From the NCBI GenBank assembly GCA_041611735.1, contig JBFIML010000041.1:1-40645 (forward strand): 40,645 bases of DNA, in the 5' to 3' direction. Origin of the DNA: Myxococcota bacterium. GTDB taxonomy: Bacteria > Myxococcota_A > UBA9160 > PR03. The notes below the pieces were generated by a model, which did no database searches, had not been told where the DNA came from, and saw only the letters and a list, made by a program, of their open reading frames with translations. A program made the translations under genes and the position numbers. Position 1 is the stretch's first letter. Each line of letters opens with the position of its first letter. This document shows, piece after piece, positions 8,899 through 16,562 of the stretch.

Positions 8899-10788
8899 AT
8901 GGCGCACCCGGAGGGCCAGTTCGTCTTCGCGCTGGCGCTCGGTGCCGGCGTGGTGGCCCAGGTCGTGGCGCGTCACCTCCGGCTCCCGAGCATCGTCCTC
9001 TTGCTGGCGGTGGGCGTTCTGCTCGGGCCCGACGGGCTCGGGCTGGTGCAGCCCGATGCGCTGGGAGACGGTCTGTTCGGCCTGGTCGAGATCGCCGTGG
9101 CCGTGATCCTCTTCGAGGGCGGTCTCAACCTGGAGATGCGCCGCCTCCGCCGTCAGAGCTCCGCGATCCAGATGCTGGTCACGGTGGGCGCGGCGGTCAC
9201 CGCCCTGGGCGGGGCGTTGGCAGCCCGCTACGTGATGGAATGGTCGTGGTCCCTCTCCGTGGTGTTCGGGACGCTCGTGATCGTCACCGGACCCACCGTG
9301 ATCCGTCCCATCCTCCGCAACGTGCGCCTGCGGCCGCGGCTCGCCACGGTGCTGGAGGCGGAGGGCGTGCTGATCGACCCGATCGGCGCCATCGTGGCGG
9401 CGATCACCCTCCAGATCGTGCTGGCCCCGGCCCTGGATTCGTTCACCTCGGGGCTGTGGGGACTGGTGGTGCGGCTCGGCTTCGGGGCGGCTGCCGGAGG
9501 GGCCTTCGGCTACGCCCTGGGCCGCCTGCTGGCCCTGCAGCGCGTGATCCCGGAGGGGCTCGAGAACCTGGTCACGCTCGGCGCGGTGCTGGTGCTGTCG
9601 GAGGTCTGCAACCACTTCGTCTCGGAGAGCGGGATCCTGGCCGTCACCGTGGCCGGCGTCGTGGTGGGCAACATCGATACCCGCGTGAGCCGGGAGCTGC
9701 GCGAGTTCCAGGACCTCCTCACGCTGGCCCTGCTCGGGATCCTCTTCGTCCTGCTGGCCGCGGACGTGCGCGTGCAGGAGGTGGTGCAGCTCGGCTGGCC
9801 GGGCGTCATCACCGTGACGGCGCTCGCCCTGCTGGTGCGTCCGGCCAACGTGATCGTGAGCACGATCGGCTCGGAGCTCGACGCTCGCGACAAGGCCTTC
9901 CTGTCCTGGATCGCCCCACGCGGCATCGTGGCGGCGGCGGTGGCGTCCCTGTTCGCGGCGGTCCTCGAGGCGGCGGAGGCCCCGGGCGGCACGGAGCTGC
10001 GCGCCCTCGTCTTCCTCACCATCGCTCTCACGGTGGTGGTGCAGGCGGGCTCCGCCCCCCTGGTGGCACGGCTGCTCCGGGTGCGGGCGCCCGGGCGCGA
10101 CACCGTCGTGATCCTCGGCGCCGAGGGGCTCGGCCTCACCGTGGGTGAGATCCTGCGCGAGGCGAAGACCCGGGTCGTCTTCCTGGACGCCAACCCGGGT
10201 CACTGCCGCGCGGCCGAGGAGCGGGGCTTCCCGGTCGTGTTCGGCAACGCACTCGAGGAGCGCACCCTGGCTCGCGCGCGCCTGGAGCAGGCGCGCCTCG
10301 TCGTCGGCCTCACCGCCAACGACGAGGTGAACAGCCTCTTCGCCCAGGAGGCCCGCGAGGAGTTCGGGGTGCGGGAGGCCTACGTGGCCCTCAACCGCAC
10401 GGACGCCGGGGTCACACCGGCCATGCTCGGGAAGCGAGGCATCCGCATGCTGTTCGACGGCGCCAAGGAGGTGGAACGCTGGAACGTGCGCTTCCGGCAC
10501 GGCCAGACCCGCGTCGCCCGCTTCCGCTGGGCCGGAAAGCCCGTCGAAGAGAAGCCCGGGCCGGACGAGGAGACCCGGAGGCTCGAGCACGGGCGGCCGG
10601 CTGCCGGGCCCGACGCCTACGTGCTGCTGGCCGTGCAGCGGGGCGGCGTGTGGTCGCCCGTCCATACCCAGCTGGAGCCGAAGGCCGAGGACGTGGTCGC
10701 GGTGGCGCTCTACCTGGCCGAGGAGGAGACGGCGCGGCAGGAGCTCGAGCGCCTGGGCTGGACACCCGTCGGATCCGAGGCCGCCTGA
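8899..10788 (+). CDS. Cation/H+ antiporter (CPA1/NhaP type) with C-terminal TrkA-N/RCK domain
   Basis: ILFEGGLNL, VTGPTVI, LEAEGVLIDPIGA and PRGIVAAAVAS membrane motifs, then a Rossmann-like VVILGAEGLG...FLDAN...GNAL domain. Confidence 0.88.
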   Translation: MAHPEGQFVFALALGAGVVAQVVARHLRLPSIVLLLAVGVLLGPDGLGLVQPDALGDGLFGLVEIAVAVILFEGGLNLEMRRLRRQSSAIQMLVTVGAAVTALGGALAARYVMEWSWSLSVVFGTLVIVTGPTVIRPILRNVRLRPRLATVLEAEGVLIDPIGAIVAAITLQIVLAPALDSFTSGLWGLVVRLGFGAAAGGAFGYALGRLLALQRVIPEGLENLVTLGAVLVLSEVCNHFVSESGILAVTVAGVVVGNIDTRVSRELREFQDLLTLALLGILFVLLAADVRVQEVVQLGWPGVITVTALALLVRPANVIVSTIGSELDARDKAFLSWIAPRGIVAAAVASLFAAVLEAAEAPGGTELRALVFLTIALTVVVQAGSAPLVARLLRVRAPGRDTVVILGAEGLGLTVGEILREAKTRVVFLDANPGHCRAAEERGFPVVFGNALEERTLARARLEQARLVVGLTANDEVNSLFAQEAREEFGVREAYVALNRTDAGVTPAMLGKRGIRMLFDGAKEVERWNVRFRHGQTRVARFRWAGKPVEEKPGPDEETRRLEHGRPAAGPDAYVLLAVQRGGVWSPVHTQLEPKAEDVVAVALYLAEEETARQELERLGWTPVGSEAA

Positions 10789-10794
10789 TCCGCT

Positions 10795-11886
10795 TCAGGC
10801 GGGGCCCCGCATGCGCAGGGGGGCGTCGGCAGCGGCCGCCTCCGCGGCGCGGCGGGCGGCCTCCACGATGCCGTGGGCCGGAGCCAGGCGGCAGGCGGGG
10901 TCCGTGGCGGCGGGGTCGCCGGTCAGACGGAAGGCCTGGCACCGGCAGCCTCCGAAGTCGCGCCCGCGCTCCGGGCACGAGCGACACGGCTCGGGCATCC
11001 AGGATTCGCCGCGGAAGGCGTTCATGCCCGGCGCCTGCTGCCAGCACGCGCGGAGCGAGTGCGAACGCACGTTCCAGAACTCGAGGGCGGGCAGACCGGC
11101 GGCCGCGTGGCAGGGCAGCACCGTGCCGTCCGGCGACACCACGAGCGTGCGTCGTCCCCAGCCGCCCATGCACGGCTTGGGTCGGTCCGCCAGGAGATCG
11201 GGCAGCACGAAGACGATCTCGGGACGGGAGGCGGCGCGCCGCGCGGCACGCACCTGTCGGCTCGCGGCTTCGAGCTGGGCGCGGGTGGGGAGCAGGGCGT
11301 CCCGGTTGAGGTGCGCCCAGCCCTCGAACTGCACGTTGGCGAGCTCGAGCCGGTCCACGTCGAGGTGTCGGGCCAGCTCCAGCACCGCCTCCACGTGGTC
11401 CAGATTGCGCCGGTGCAGCACCACATTCAGGGTGAGGGCGAGACCGAGGCGGCGCGCCGCCCGGGCAAAGCCCAGCTTGCGGTCGAAGCAGGGCGCTCCG
11501 GCCAGGGCGTCCGAGGCGGCCGCCTGGGCGTCCTGGATCGAGAGCTGCACGCTGCGCAGACCGGCCTCCCGGAGTCGGGCGAGCCCGTCCGGGCCGAGAG
11601 GCACGCCGGCGGTGACCAGGTGGGGGTACAGGCCGGCCTGCGCCGCCGCGTCCACGATGCGGTCGAGATCGCGCCGCACGCTCGGCTCGCCCCCGGTGAG
11701 CCCCACGTGCACGGCGCCCAGGGCGGCGGCCTCCCGGAACACGCGGGCCCAGTCGGCGGCGTCGAGCGCCTCGGGGACGGCGCCGAAGCCCAGGGGATTC
11801 GAGCAGTAGGGGCAGCGCAACGGGCAGCGGTAGGTGAGCTCCGCCACCAGGTTCCAGGGCCGCGGCGCCGCGGCGGCGCCGCTCAT
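10795..11886 (-). CDS. pqqE: PQQ biosynthesis radical SAM/SPASM enzyme PqqE
   Basis: AELTYRCPLRCPYCSNP (CxxxCxxC), TGGEP, ELANVQFEGWA, KPCMGGWG, CRSC...FGGCRCQAF...DPAC; ATGA-coupled to pqqCD. Confidence 0.95.
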   Translation of the reverse strand: MSGAAAAPRPWNLVAELTYRCPLRCPYCSNPLGFGAVPEALDAADWARVFREAAALGAVHVGLTGGEPSVRRDLDRIVDAAAQAGLYPHLVTAGVPLGPDGLARLREAGLRSVQLSIQDAQAAASDALAGAPCFDRKLGFARAARRLGLALTLNVVLHRRNLDHVEAVLELARHLDVDRLELANVQFEGWAHLNRDALLPTRAQLEAASRQVRAARRAASRPEIVFVLPDLLADRPKPCMGGWGRRTLVVSPDGTVLPCHAAAGLPALEFWNVRSHSLRACWQQAPGMNAFRGESWMPEPCRSCPERGRDFGGCRCQAFRLTGDPAATDPACRLAPAHGIVEAARRAAEAAAADAPLRMRGPA

Positions 11887-12821
11887 GGGGCGGGCTCCAG
11901 GACGCCCAGGCGCTGCATGCGCGCCAGGAAGCCGCGCGCGTCCGCTTCCGCCCGGGCGGCGTTCGGATGCCGGGTCGCCACGGCCGCCGCGATGGCGTCC
12001 GCCGTCCGCACTCCGTCGCACAGCTCCAGGATCTCGCGGCCGCTCTCGTTGAGCCGCACGGCGCGCTCGGGCAGCACCACGACCAGCCGGCCGTCCTGCG
12101 GGTCGGGGCGCAGCTGTGCGTGAGGCGACGGGCGGGGCCGGACGTGGGCGGCCTGCACGGCGTCGAGGAGACGCCACAGCAGCTCGCACTTGCGCTCCAG
12201 GGCCGCCACGCAGCGCTCCTGCACCTCGAGCGAGGCAGCGTGTTCGAGCACCCAGCCCAGGGCGAAGCCGGCGTCCCGGGGCGCCTGCAGCGTGCGGGAG
12301 CGGAAGTAGGCCAGCCCCTCCCGGTCCACCCAGGGGTAGTGCTCCTCGAACGCGGCGATCCGGCCCTCCATGAGCTCCCCCGCAAAGAGCTCGGTCAGTG
12401 AGGCGGCCACGCACTCCAGCAGGCCGTGCTCCTCCACGAAGCGCACGTAGTCGTCGCACGACTCGCGCACGTCCGGCAGCACGCGCTCGAGTCGCTCCAC
12501 GCTCTCGCGCTCCAGGCCCACGGCCTCGGCGAGCCGCAGCCACAGCTCGAGGCCGCCTTCCCGGGGAGCGCCGCCGTCGTGATCGTGGATGCGGCGGATC
12601 CACTCGCGACGGAAGGCGGGATCCTCGGCGCGCGCCAGGATCAGCGCGTCCTTCACGGGAATGCGGGTCTGGTAGTAGTAGCGGTTCCGAACCCAGGTCC
12701 GGATCTCGTCCCGCGAGAGTCGGCCCGCGTGCATGCGCACGTTGAAGGGATGCAGGTGGTGGTAGCGCTCGCGCCCCACCCGGCGCAGACGCGCCTCGAA
12801 CTCGCCGGTGCCCCAGCTCAC
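11883..12821 (-). CDS. pqqCD: Fused PqqC (PQQ synthase) - PqqD (peptide chaperone/RRE)
   Basis: PqqC motifs RYHHLHPF, NRYYYQ..IPVKDA, RIHDHDG, SLTELFA, QAPRD, LWRLLDA; the last ~85 aa are PqqD-like (VVVLPERAVRLNESGREILELCDGVRT). Confidence 0.93.
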   Translation of the reverse strand: MSWGTGEFEARLRRVGRERYHHLHPFNVRMHAGRLSRDEIRTWVRNRYYYQTRIPVKDALILARAEDPAFRREWIRRIHDHDGGAPREGGLELWLRLAEAVGLERESVERLERVLPDVRESCDDYVRFVEEHGLLECVAASLTELFAGELMEGRIAAFEEHYPWVDREGLAYFRSRTLQAPRDAGFALGWVLEHAASLEVQERCVAALERKCELLWRLLDAVQAAHVRPRPSPHAQLRPDPQDGRLVVVLPERAVRLNESGREILELCDGVRTADAIAAAVATRHPNAARAEADARGFLARMQRLGVLEPAP

Positions 12822-13711
12822 AAGGAGAGCTCCATGCCGTCGTCAGCGATCTCGACCCCCGCCTGGCGCACGGCCTCGGCCTCGGGGGAGGCCGCATCCA
12901 GGATCGGGTTGGTGTTGTTCACGTGGATGTAGAGCCGACGCCCGCGCAGCCCGCGCAGGGTCTCCAGGCTCCCGCCCGGCCCGAAGATGGGCACGTGACC
13001 CATCTCCACCGCGTCGGGCGCGCCCGGCCGTACCGCGGCCAGCTCGTCGGCGCGGTGGAAGGTGCCGTCCAGGAACGTGCAGTCGGCGGACTCCAGCTCC
13101 GCGCGGGTGCCCGCGTCCAGGCAGCGCAGCCCCGCCACGTACACCAGGCGCCTCCCGCTGGCCAGGTCCGTGACCCGCACCCCCACGGTCGCCTCGGGGT
13201 GGTTGGTCACGAGCCCCCTCAGATGCAGCGGCACCTTGCCGGGCACCGGGAACAGGCGCGCCTCGAGCCGTCCCTCCCGGTCCAGGGCCACCGGCTGGTC
13301 GAGCCGCGCCACGCCCCAGGCGGGCTCCAGCAAGCGCCAAACCACGTTGTGCCCGAGCAGCGCGTCACGCACCCAGGAGGTCGACACGATCCGATGGGGG
13401 AGGGCCTCGCGCAGCACCAGGAGCCCCAGCACGTGGTCGAGGTCCGCGTTCGTCACGACGATGGTGTCCAGGGGGAGATCCCGGGTTCCCGGCCTCGGGT
13501 GAAGGCCCGGGAAGCCCGCCAGCTGGCTCCGCACGTCCGGACTCGCGTTCACCAGGGACCAGCGCTGTCCCTCGCCGGAGAGCGCCAGGGAGGGCTGCGA
13601 TCGGGGCGGCACGTTCGGGTCCTTGCGGCGTGCGCGCACGCAGTTCGGGCATCCGCAGTTCCATTGAGGCAGACCGCCCCCCGCCGCCGAGCCGAGCACG
13701 CGAACTCGCAC
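12818..13711 (-). CDS. pqqB: PQQ biosynthesis protein PqqB (metallo-beta-lactamase fold)
   Basis: GTG at 13711 behind GGAGGA: MRVRVLGSAAGGGLPQWNCGCPNC, VNASPD, TNADLDHVLGLLVLRE, FLDGT, MGHVP, IHVNNTNP. Confidence 0.95.
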   Translation of the reverse strand: MRVRVLGSAAGGGLPQWNCGCPNCVRARRKDPNVPPRSQPSLALSGEGQRWSLVNASPDVRSQLAGFPGLHPRPGTRDLPLDTIVVTNADLDHVLGLLVLREALPHRIVSTSWVRDALLGHNVVWRLLEPAWGVARLDQPVALDREGRLEARLFPVPGKVPLHLRGLVTNHPEATVGVRVTDLASGRRLVYVAGLRCLDAGTRAELESADCTFLDGTFHRADELAAVRPGAPDAVEMGHVPIFGPGGSLETLRGLRGRRLYIHVNNTNPILDAASPEAEAVRQAGVEIADDGMELSL

Positions 13712-13729
13712 CGGATTCCTCCTGCCGCG

Positions 13730-13735
13730 AGGATA
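13730..13735 (-). promoter_or_regulatory. Putative -10 (TATCCT) for pqqB
   Basis: TATCCT a few nt upstream of the AGGAGGA SD of pqqB; no clear -35. Confidence 0.4.
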
Positions 13736-13777
13736 CCGGCTCGCGGGGGGGGCCGGGGGGAAGAGCCCCCCACCGGA

Positions 13778-13810
13778 CGGAAAGCCCACGGAAGCCCGGC
13801 GGAATCAAGC
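13778..13810. repeat. Three CGGAA direct repeats at an exact 11 bp period (candidate regulator site)
   Basis: CGGAAAGCCCA / CGGAAGCCCGG / CGGAATCAAGC starting at 13778, 13789 and 13800. Confidence 0.45.
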
Positions 13811-13831
13811 CGTGGGGAGCTGCAGCACAGC

Positions 13832-13859
13832 TAAACTTTTCCAATCTTACGGCCGATGC
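13832..13859 (+). promoter_or_regulatory. Sigma28 (FliA/SigD)-like promoter for the msh operon
   Basis: cTAAACTTT...GCCGATgc, i.e. TAAA-N16-GCCGAT versus the consensus TAAA-N15-GCCGATAA; it is the only AT-rich patch in the intergenic region. Confidence 0.5.
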
Positions 13860-14002
13860 GCTTCGCCGGGGCACGCAGTCCATCGGCGTCTGGGCCGAAC
13901 GGGCGGCGTGAAGGAATCGGGCGAGCGCCGCCGAGTCCACGTCATCGCTTCCGAGGTCGGAATCCACCCTGTTGGCGGCGCCGCACGAGACGGAGAGCCG
14001 GG

Positions 14003-15565
14003 TTGTTCCTCTTGCGCCGGAGCGGGTCGCGGCCCGTCGGAACCACGGGCGTCGCCTGGAATGCGGACGGGTTCGCCCTCGCCCACGTGCGGCGCGAGGG
14101 AACGGGCGCGCCGCGTCTGGTGGCGTGCGACCAACGCGAGACCCGGGGCGACGCCACGCAGGCGCTCCGGGCGGCGGTACGCCACCACGGCCTGGCGGGC
14201 AGCCGCTGCGTCTGGGTCCTTCCTCCCGGCTCCTACAGCCTGCGCCTGGTGGACGCTCCCGACGTGGCACCCGAGGAGCTCCGCGACGCCGCGCGCTGGC
14301 TGGTGAAGGACCTGATCGAGTTCGATCCGGCAGCCGCGGCGATCGCGGTGCTGGACATGCCGCAGTCGCCGTCGCCCGCCCGTCCGCGCAAGCTCTACGT
14401 GGCAGCGGCGCGGCCGGAAGTGATCCGGCGCGCGATGCAGGAGTGCCGGGAAGCCGGGCTCGAGCTCGCCGCGGTGACGGTGCCGGAGGGCGTGCTCCTG
14501 CATGCGGCCTCCGCGCCCACCGACGCACGCAGCGTGGCGCTGCTCCAGCTCCGCCCCAAGGACGGGGTCCTGGCCATCGGGGAAGCTGGCTGGCTCTACG
14601 CGGCTCGCCACCTGTCCGTGAGCCTGGAGCAGCTCGAGGACGTCCCCGAGGAGGACGCCGCTGACCGCGGTTCCTTCGCTCCGGGCACCGCGGCCTCGTC
14701 CTCTCTCGAGCACCTGTTGCTCGAGATCCAGCGCTCGCTCGACTACTACGAGAGTGCGTTCGGTCGCAGCCCGGTGACCCGACTGCTGGTTGCGCCGTCG
14801 GAGAGCGAGGTGTCCGGGCTGCTGCCGTACCTCGCCCAGAATCTCCATCTCGAAGTGCGCGCGATGGAGGCGACCGAGGCGTTGCGCGGCGAGGGCCACG
14901 TGCCCCACGCGCTCCAGGCGCGCTGTCTGCCGGCCATCGGGGCCGCCCTCGCGCCGGACGGGCCGGGCCTGCTCGACCTCTACGGACCCGAGTTCGAGTC
15001 CTCGGAGCCGCCGCTCTCGGCGCGACGCCTGGTGCAGGCGTCGATCGTCGCGGCAGGAATCCTCGTGGTGGTGGGCGGCTGGGCGATGATGGAGATCTCC
15101 GCGGCGCACCGGGAACTGACGCAGCTCGAGAGCCGCCGCGAGGTGCTCGCGGCCCGGGTCGCCGAGCTCGGCCGCCAGCAGGAGGCCCGGCCCGCAGACC
15201 CGGATCTCGAGGCGCGGGTGCGCGGCCTGACCCAGGAGCGGGACGCCAAGGCGCGCCTGCTGGAGAACCTGACCCATCACGCCCGCGCGGAAGCCCAGCG
15301 CTTCCCGGGGGTCCTCGAGGGGCTGGCCCTGCGCCCGGTGCCGGAGCTGTGGCTGCGCGAGATCCACCTCTCGGACGCCGGTCGGGAGCTCGGGCTCGCG
15401 GGCTCGAGCCTCGAGGCGGACCGGATCCCGCACTTCCTGCAGCAGCTCGAGGGCGAACCGTTCTTCGCCGGCACCGAGTTCCGCGTGCTCCGGCTCGTCC
15501 GGGACGCCGAGGCGGGGAGCCGCGTGGACTTCACCCTGAGCACCCGCCTGGAGGCCGCCGAGTGA
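14003..15565 (+). CDS. mshI: MSHA biogenesis protein MshI (PilM-like plus PilN-like domains in one chain)
   Basis: TTG at 14003 behind GGAGAG; YSLRLVDAPDVAPEELRDAARWLVKDLI and LLLEIQRSLDYYES are MshI hallmarks; a TM helix and PilN-like domain follow (LWLREIHL...GSSLEADRIPHFLQQL...VDFTLST). Confidence 0.85.
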   Translation: MFLLRRSGSRPVGTTGVAWNADGFALAHVRREGTGAPRLVACDQRETRGDATQALRAAVRHHGLAGSRCVWVLPPGSYSLRLVDAPDVAPEELRDAARWLVKDLIEFDPAAAAIAVLDMPQSPSPARPRKLYVAAARPEVIRRAMQECREAGLELAAVTVPEGVLLHAASAPTDARSVALLQLRPKDGVLAIGEAGWLYAARHLSVSLEQLEDVPEEDAADRGSFAPGTAASSSLEHLLLEIQRSLDYYESAFGRSPVTRLLVAPSESEVSGLLPYLAQNLHLEVRAMEATEALRGEGHVPHALQARCLPAIGAALAPDGPGLLDLYGPEFESSEPPLSARRLVQASIVAAGILVVVGGWAMMEISAAHRELTQLESRREVLAARVAELGRQQEARPADPDLEARVRGLTQERDAKARLLENLTHHARAEAQRFPGVLEGLALRPVPELWLREIHLSDAGRELGLAGSSLEADRIPHFLQQLEGEPFFAGTEFRVLRLVRDAEAGSRVDFTLSTRLEAAE

Positions 15566-16224
15566 GGCAGCAGCTCGAAGGCATCCTGACGTGGGTGGAC
15601 GGTCGCACGCCGCGGGAGCGCTTCCTGCTCCTGCTCACCGCGGGGGCCGTGGTGTGGATCGCCTGGAGCAGCCTGGTGATGGACCCCCTGAGCCGGCAAC
15701 GCGACGCGGTGCGGGCGCGGCTGGAGGAATCCATCCAGCAGACCCGCGATCTCGAGCAGCAGGCCCACACGCTGGCCCGGCGCCTGGCCGAGAGTCCTGA
15801 CGCGGCCAACCGCCGTTCCGAGGCCCGCCTGCGCGAGGCGATCGGCTCCCTGGACACCCGACTCGCCGAGCTCCACCTGGGCGTGGTGAGCCCATCCGAG
15901 ACCGCCCGCGTGCTCGAGGAGCTGCTCGACCGCGAGAAGCAGCTCCAGCTCGTGCGTCTGGAGACGCAGCCTCCGAAGTCGGCCTTCGGGGTCGATGCGT
16001 CCTCGAAGGCCGCCGGGAGCGGGCCGCAGCTCTTTCAACACGACGTCGTCATCGAGCTCGAGGGCACGTATCTGTCCACGCTGCGCTACCTGCGGGCGAT
16101 CCAGGCGCTGCCGTGGCGGCTCTACTGGGACGAGTTCCACTACGTGGTGACGGAGCATCCGGAGGCTCACATCACGATCCGCCTCCACACCTTCGGCTTC
16201 GAGGAGGCGTGGATCGGTGTCTGA
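15562..16224 (+). CDS. mshJ: MSHA biogenesis protein MshJ (PilO/GspM-like)
   Basis: GTGA overlap; TPRERFLL TM segment, coiled coil, LFQHDVVIELEGTYLSTLRYLRAIQALPWRLYW, C-terminal WIGV. Confidence 0.88.
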   Translation: MRQQLEGILTWVDGRTPRERFLLLLTAGAVVWIAWSSLVMDPLSRQRDAVRARLEESIQQTRDLEQQAHTLARRLAESPDAANRRSEARLREAIGSLDTRLAELHLGVVSPSETARVLEELLDREKQLQLVRLETQPPKSAFGVDASSKAAGSGPQLFQHDVVIELEGTYLSTLRYLRAIQALPWRLYWDEFHYVVTEHPEAHITIRLHTFGFEEAWIGV

Positions 16225-16555
16225 GCGGATCGTCATCGCGGCGATCATCGGGCTCGTGCTCGCCACCGCAGCCGGCGCCGCCGGTCTGGTGGATCCCACC
16301 CGCCCGCCGGCGCCGCGCGCCTCGGCCATTCCAGCGGAGGGTGAGGAGGGCTACCGGCTGACCTCGATCCTGGTCGCCCCGGACCGTCGCATCGCCGTGA
16401 TCAACGGTCACGTGGTCCGGGTCGGGGACCGCGTGGCAGACGCCCAGGTGGTCGGCATCACGCTCACCCGCGTCCAACTGCGGGGGCCGGAGGGGGCCTT
16501 CGAACTCCCGCTCCACCCGCTGCGCCGCATGAAGCGCTCGACTTCTCGGGAGTGA
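16217..16555 (+). CDS. mshK: MSHA biogenesis protein MshK
   Basis: Signal peptide, LVDPTRPP motif, LTSILV...RIAVING..V.VGD; position between mshJ and the secretin. Confidence 0.85.
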   Translation: MSERIVIAAIIGLVLATAAGAAGLVDPTRPPAPRASAIPAEGEEGYRLTSILVAPDRRIAVINGHVVRVGDRVADAQVVGITLTRVQLRGPEGAFELPLHPLRRMKRSTSRE

Positions 16556-16562
16556 CGCCAGC

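Noticed and set aside
10781-10802. CCGCCTGA-6-TCAGGCGG hairpin at the antiporter/pqqE junction (similar CTGAGG/CCTCAG at 29205-29227)
   Set aside because: Largely explained by convergent stop codons being complementary; no U-tract, so not called as a terminator.
13751-13820. GGACGGAAAGCC plus flanking stems resembling a c-di-GMP-I/cGAMP (GEMM) riboswitch junction
   Set aside because: It lacks the upstream AAA internal-loop strand, the GNRA tetraloop and the receptor, and lies upstream of the putative msh promoter. An Infernal search with RF01051 would settle it.
13712-13860. Hidden pqqA small ORF
   Set aside because: No minus-strand frame here gives an E-x3-Y peptide with a start codon and SD.
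13856-14002. MshI start at ATG 13856
   Set aside because: That ATG lies within the GCCGAT promoter-like box, has no SD and adds Arg/Pro-rich sequence; TTG 14003 has a GGAGAG SD.
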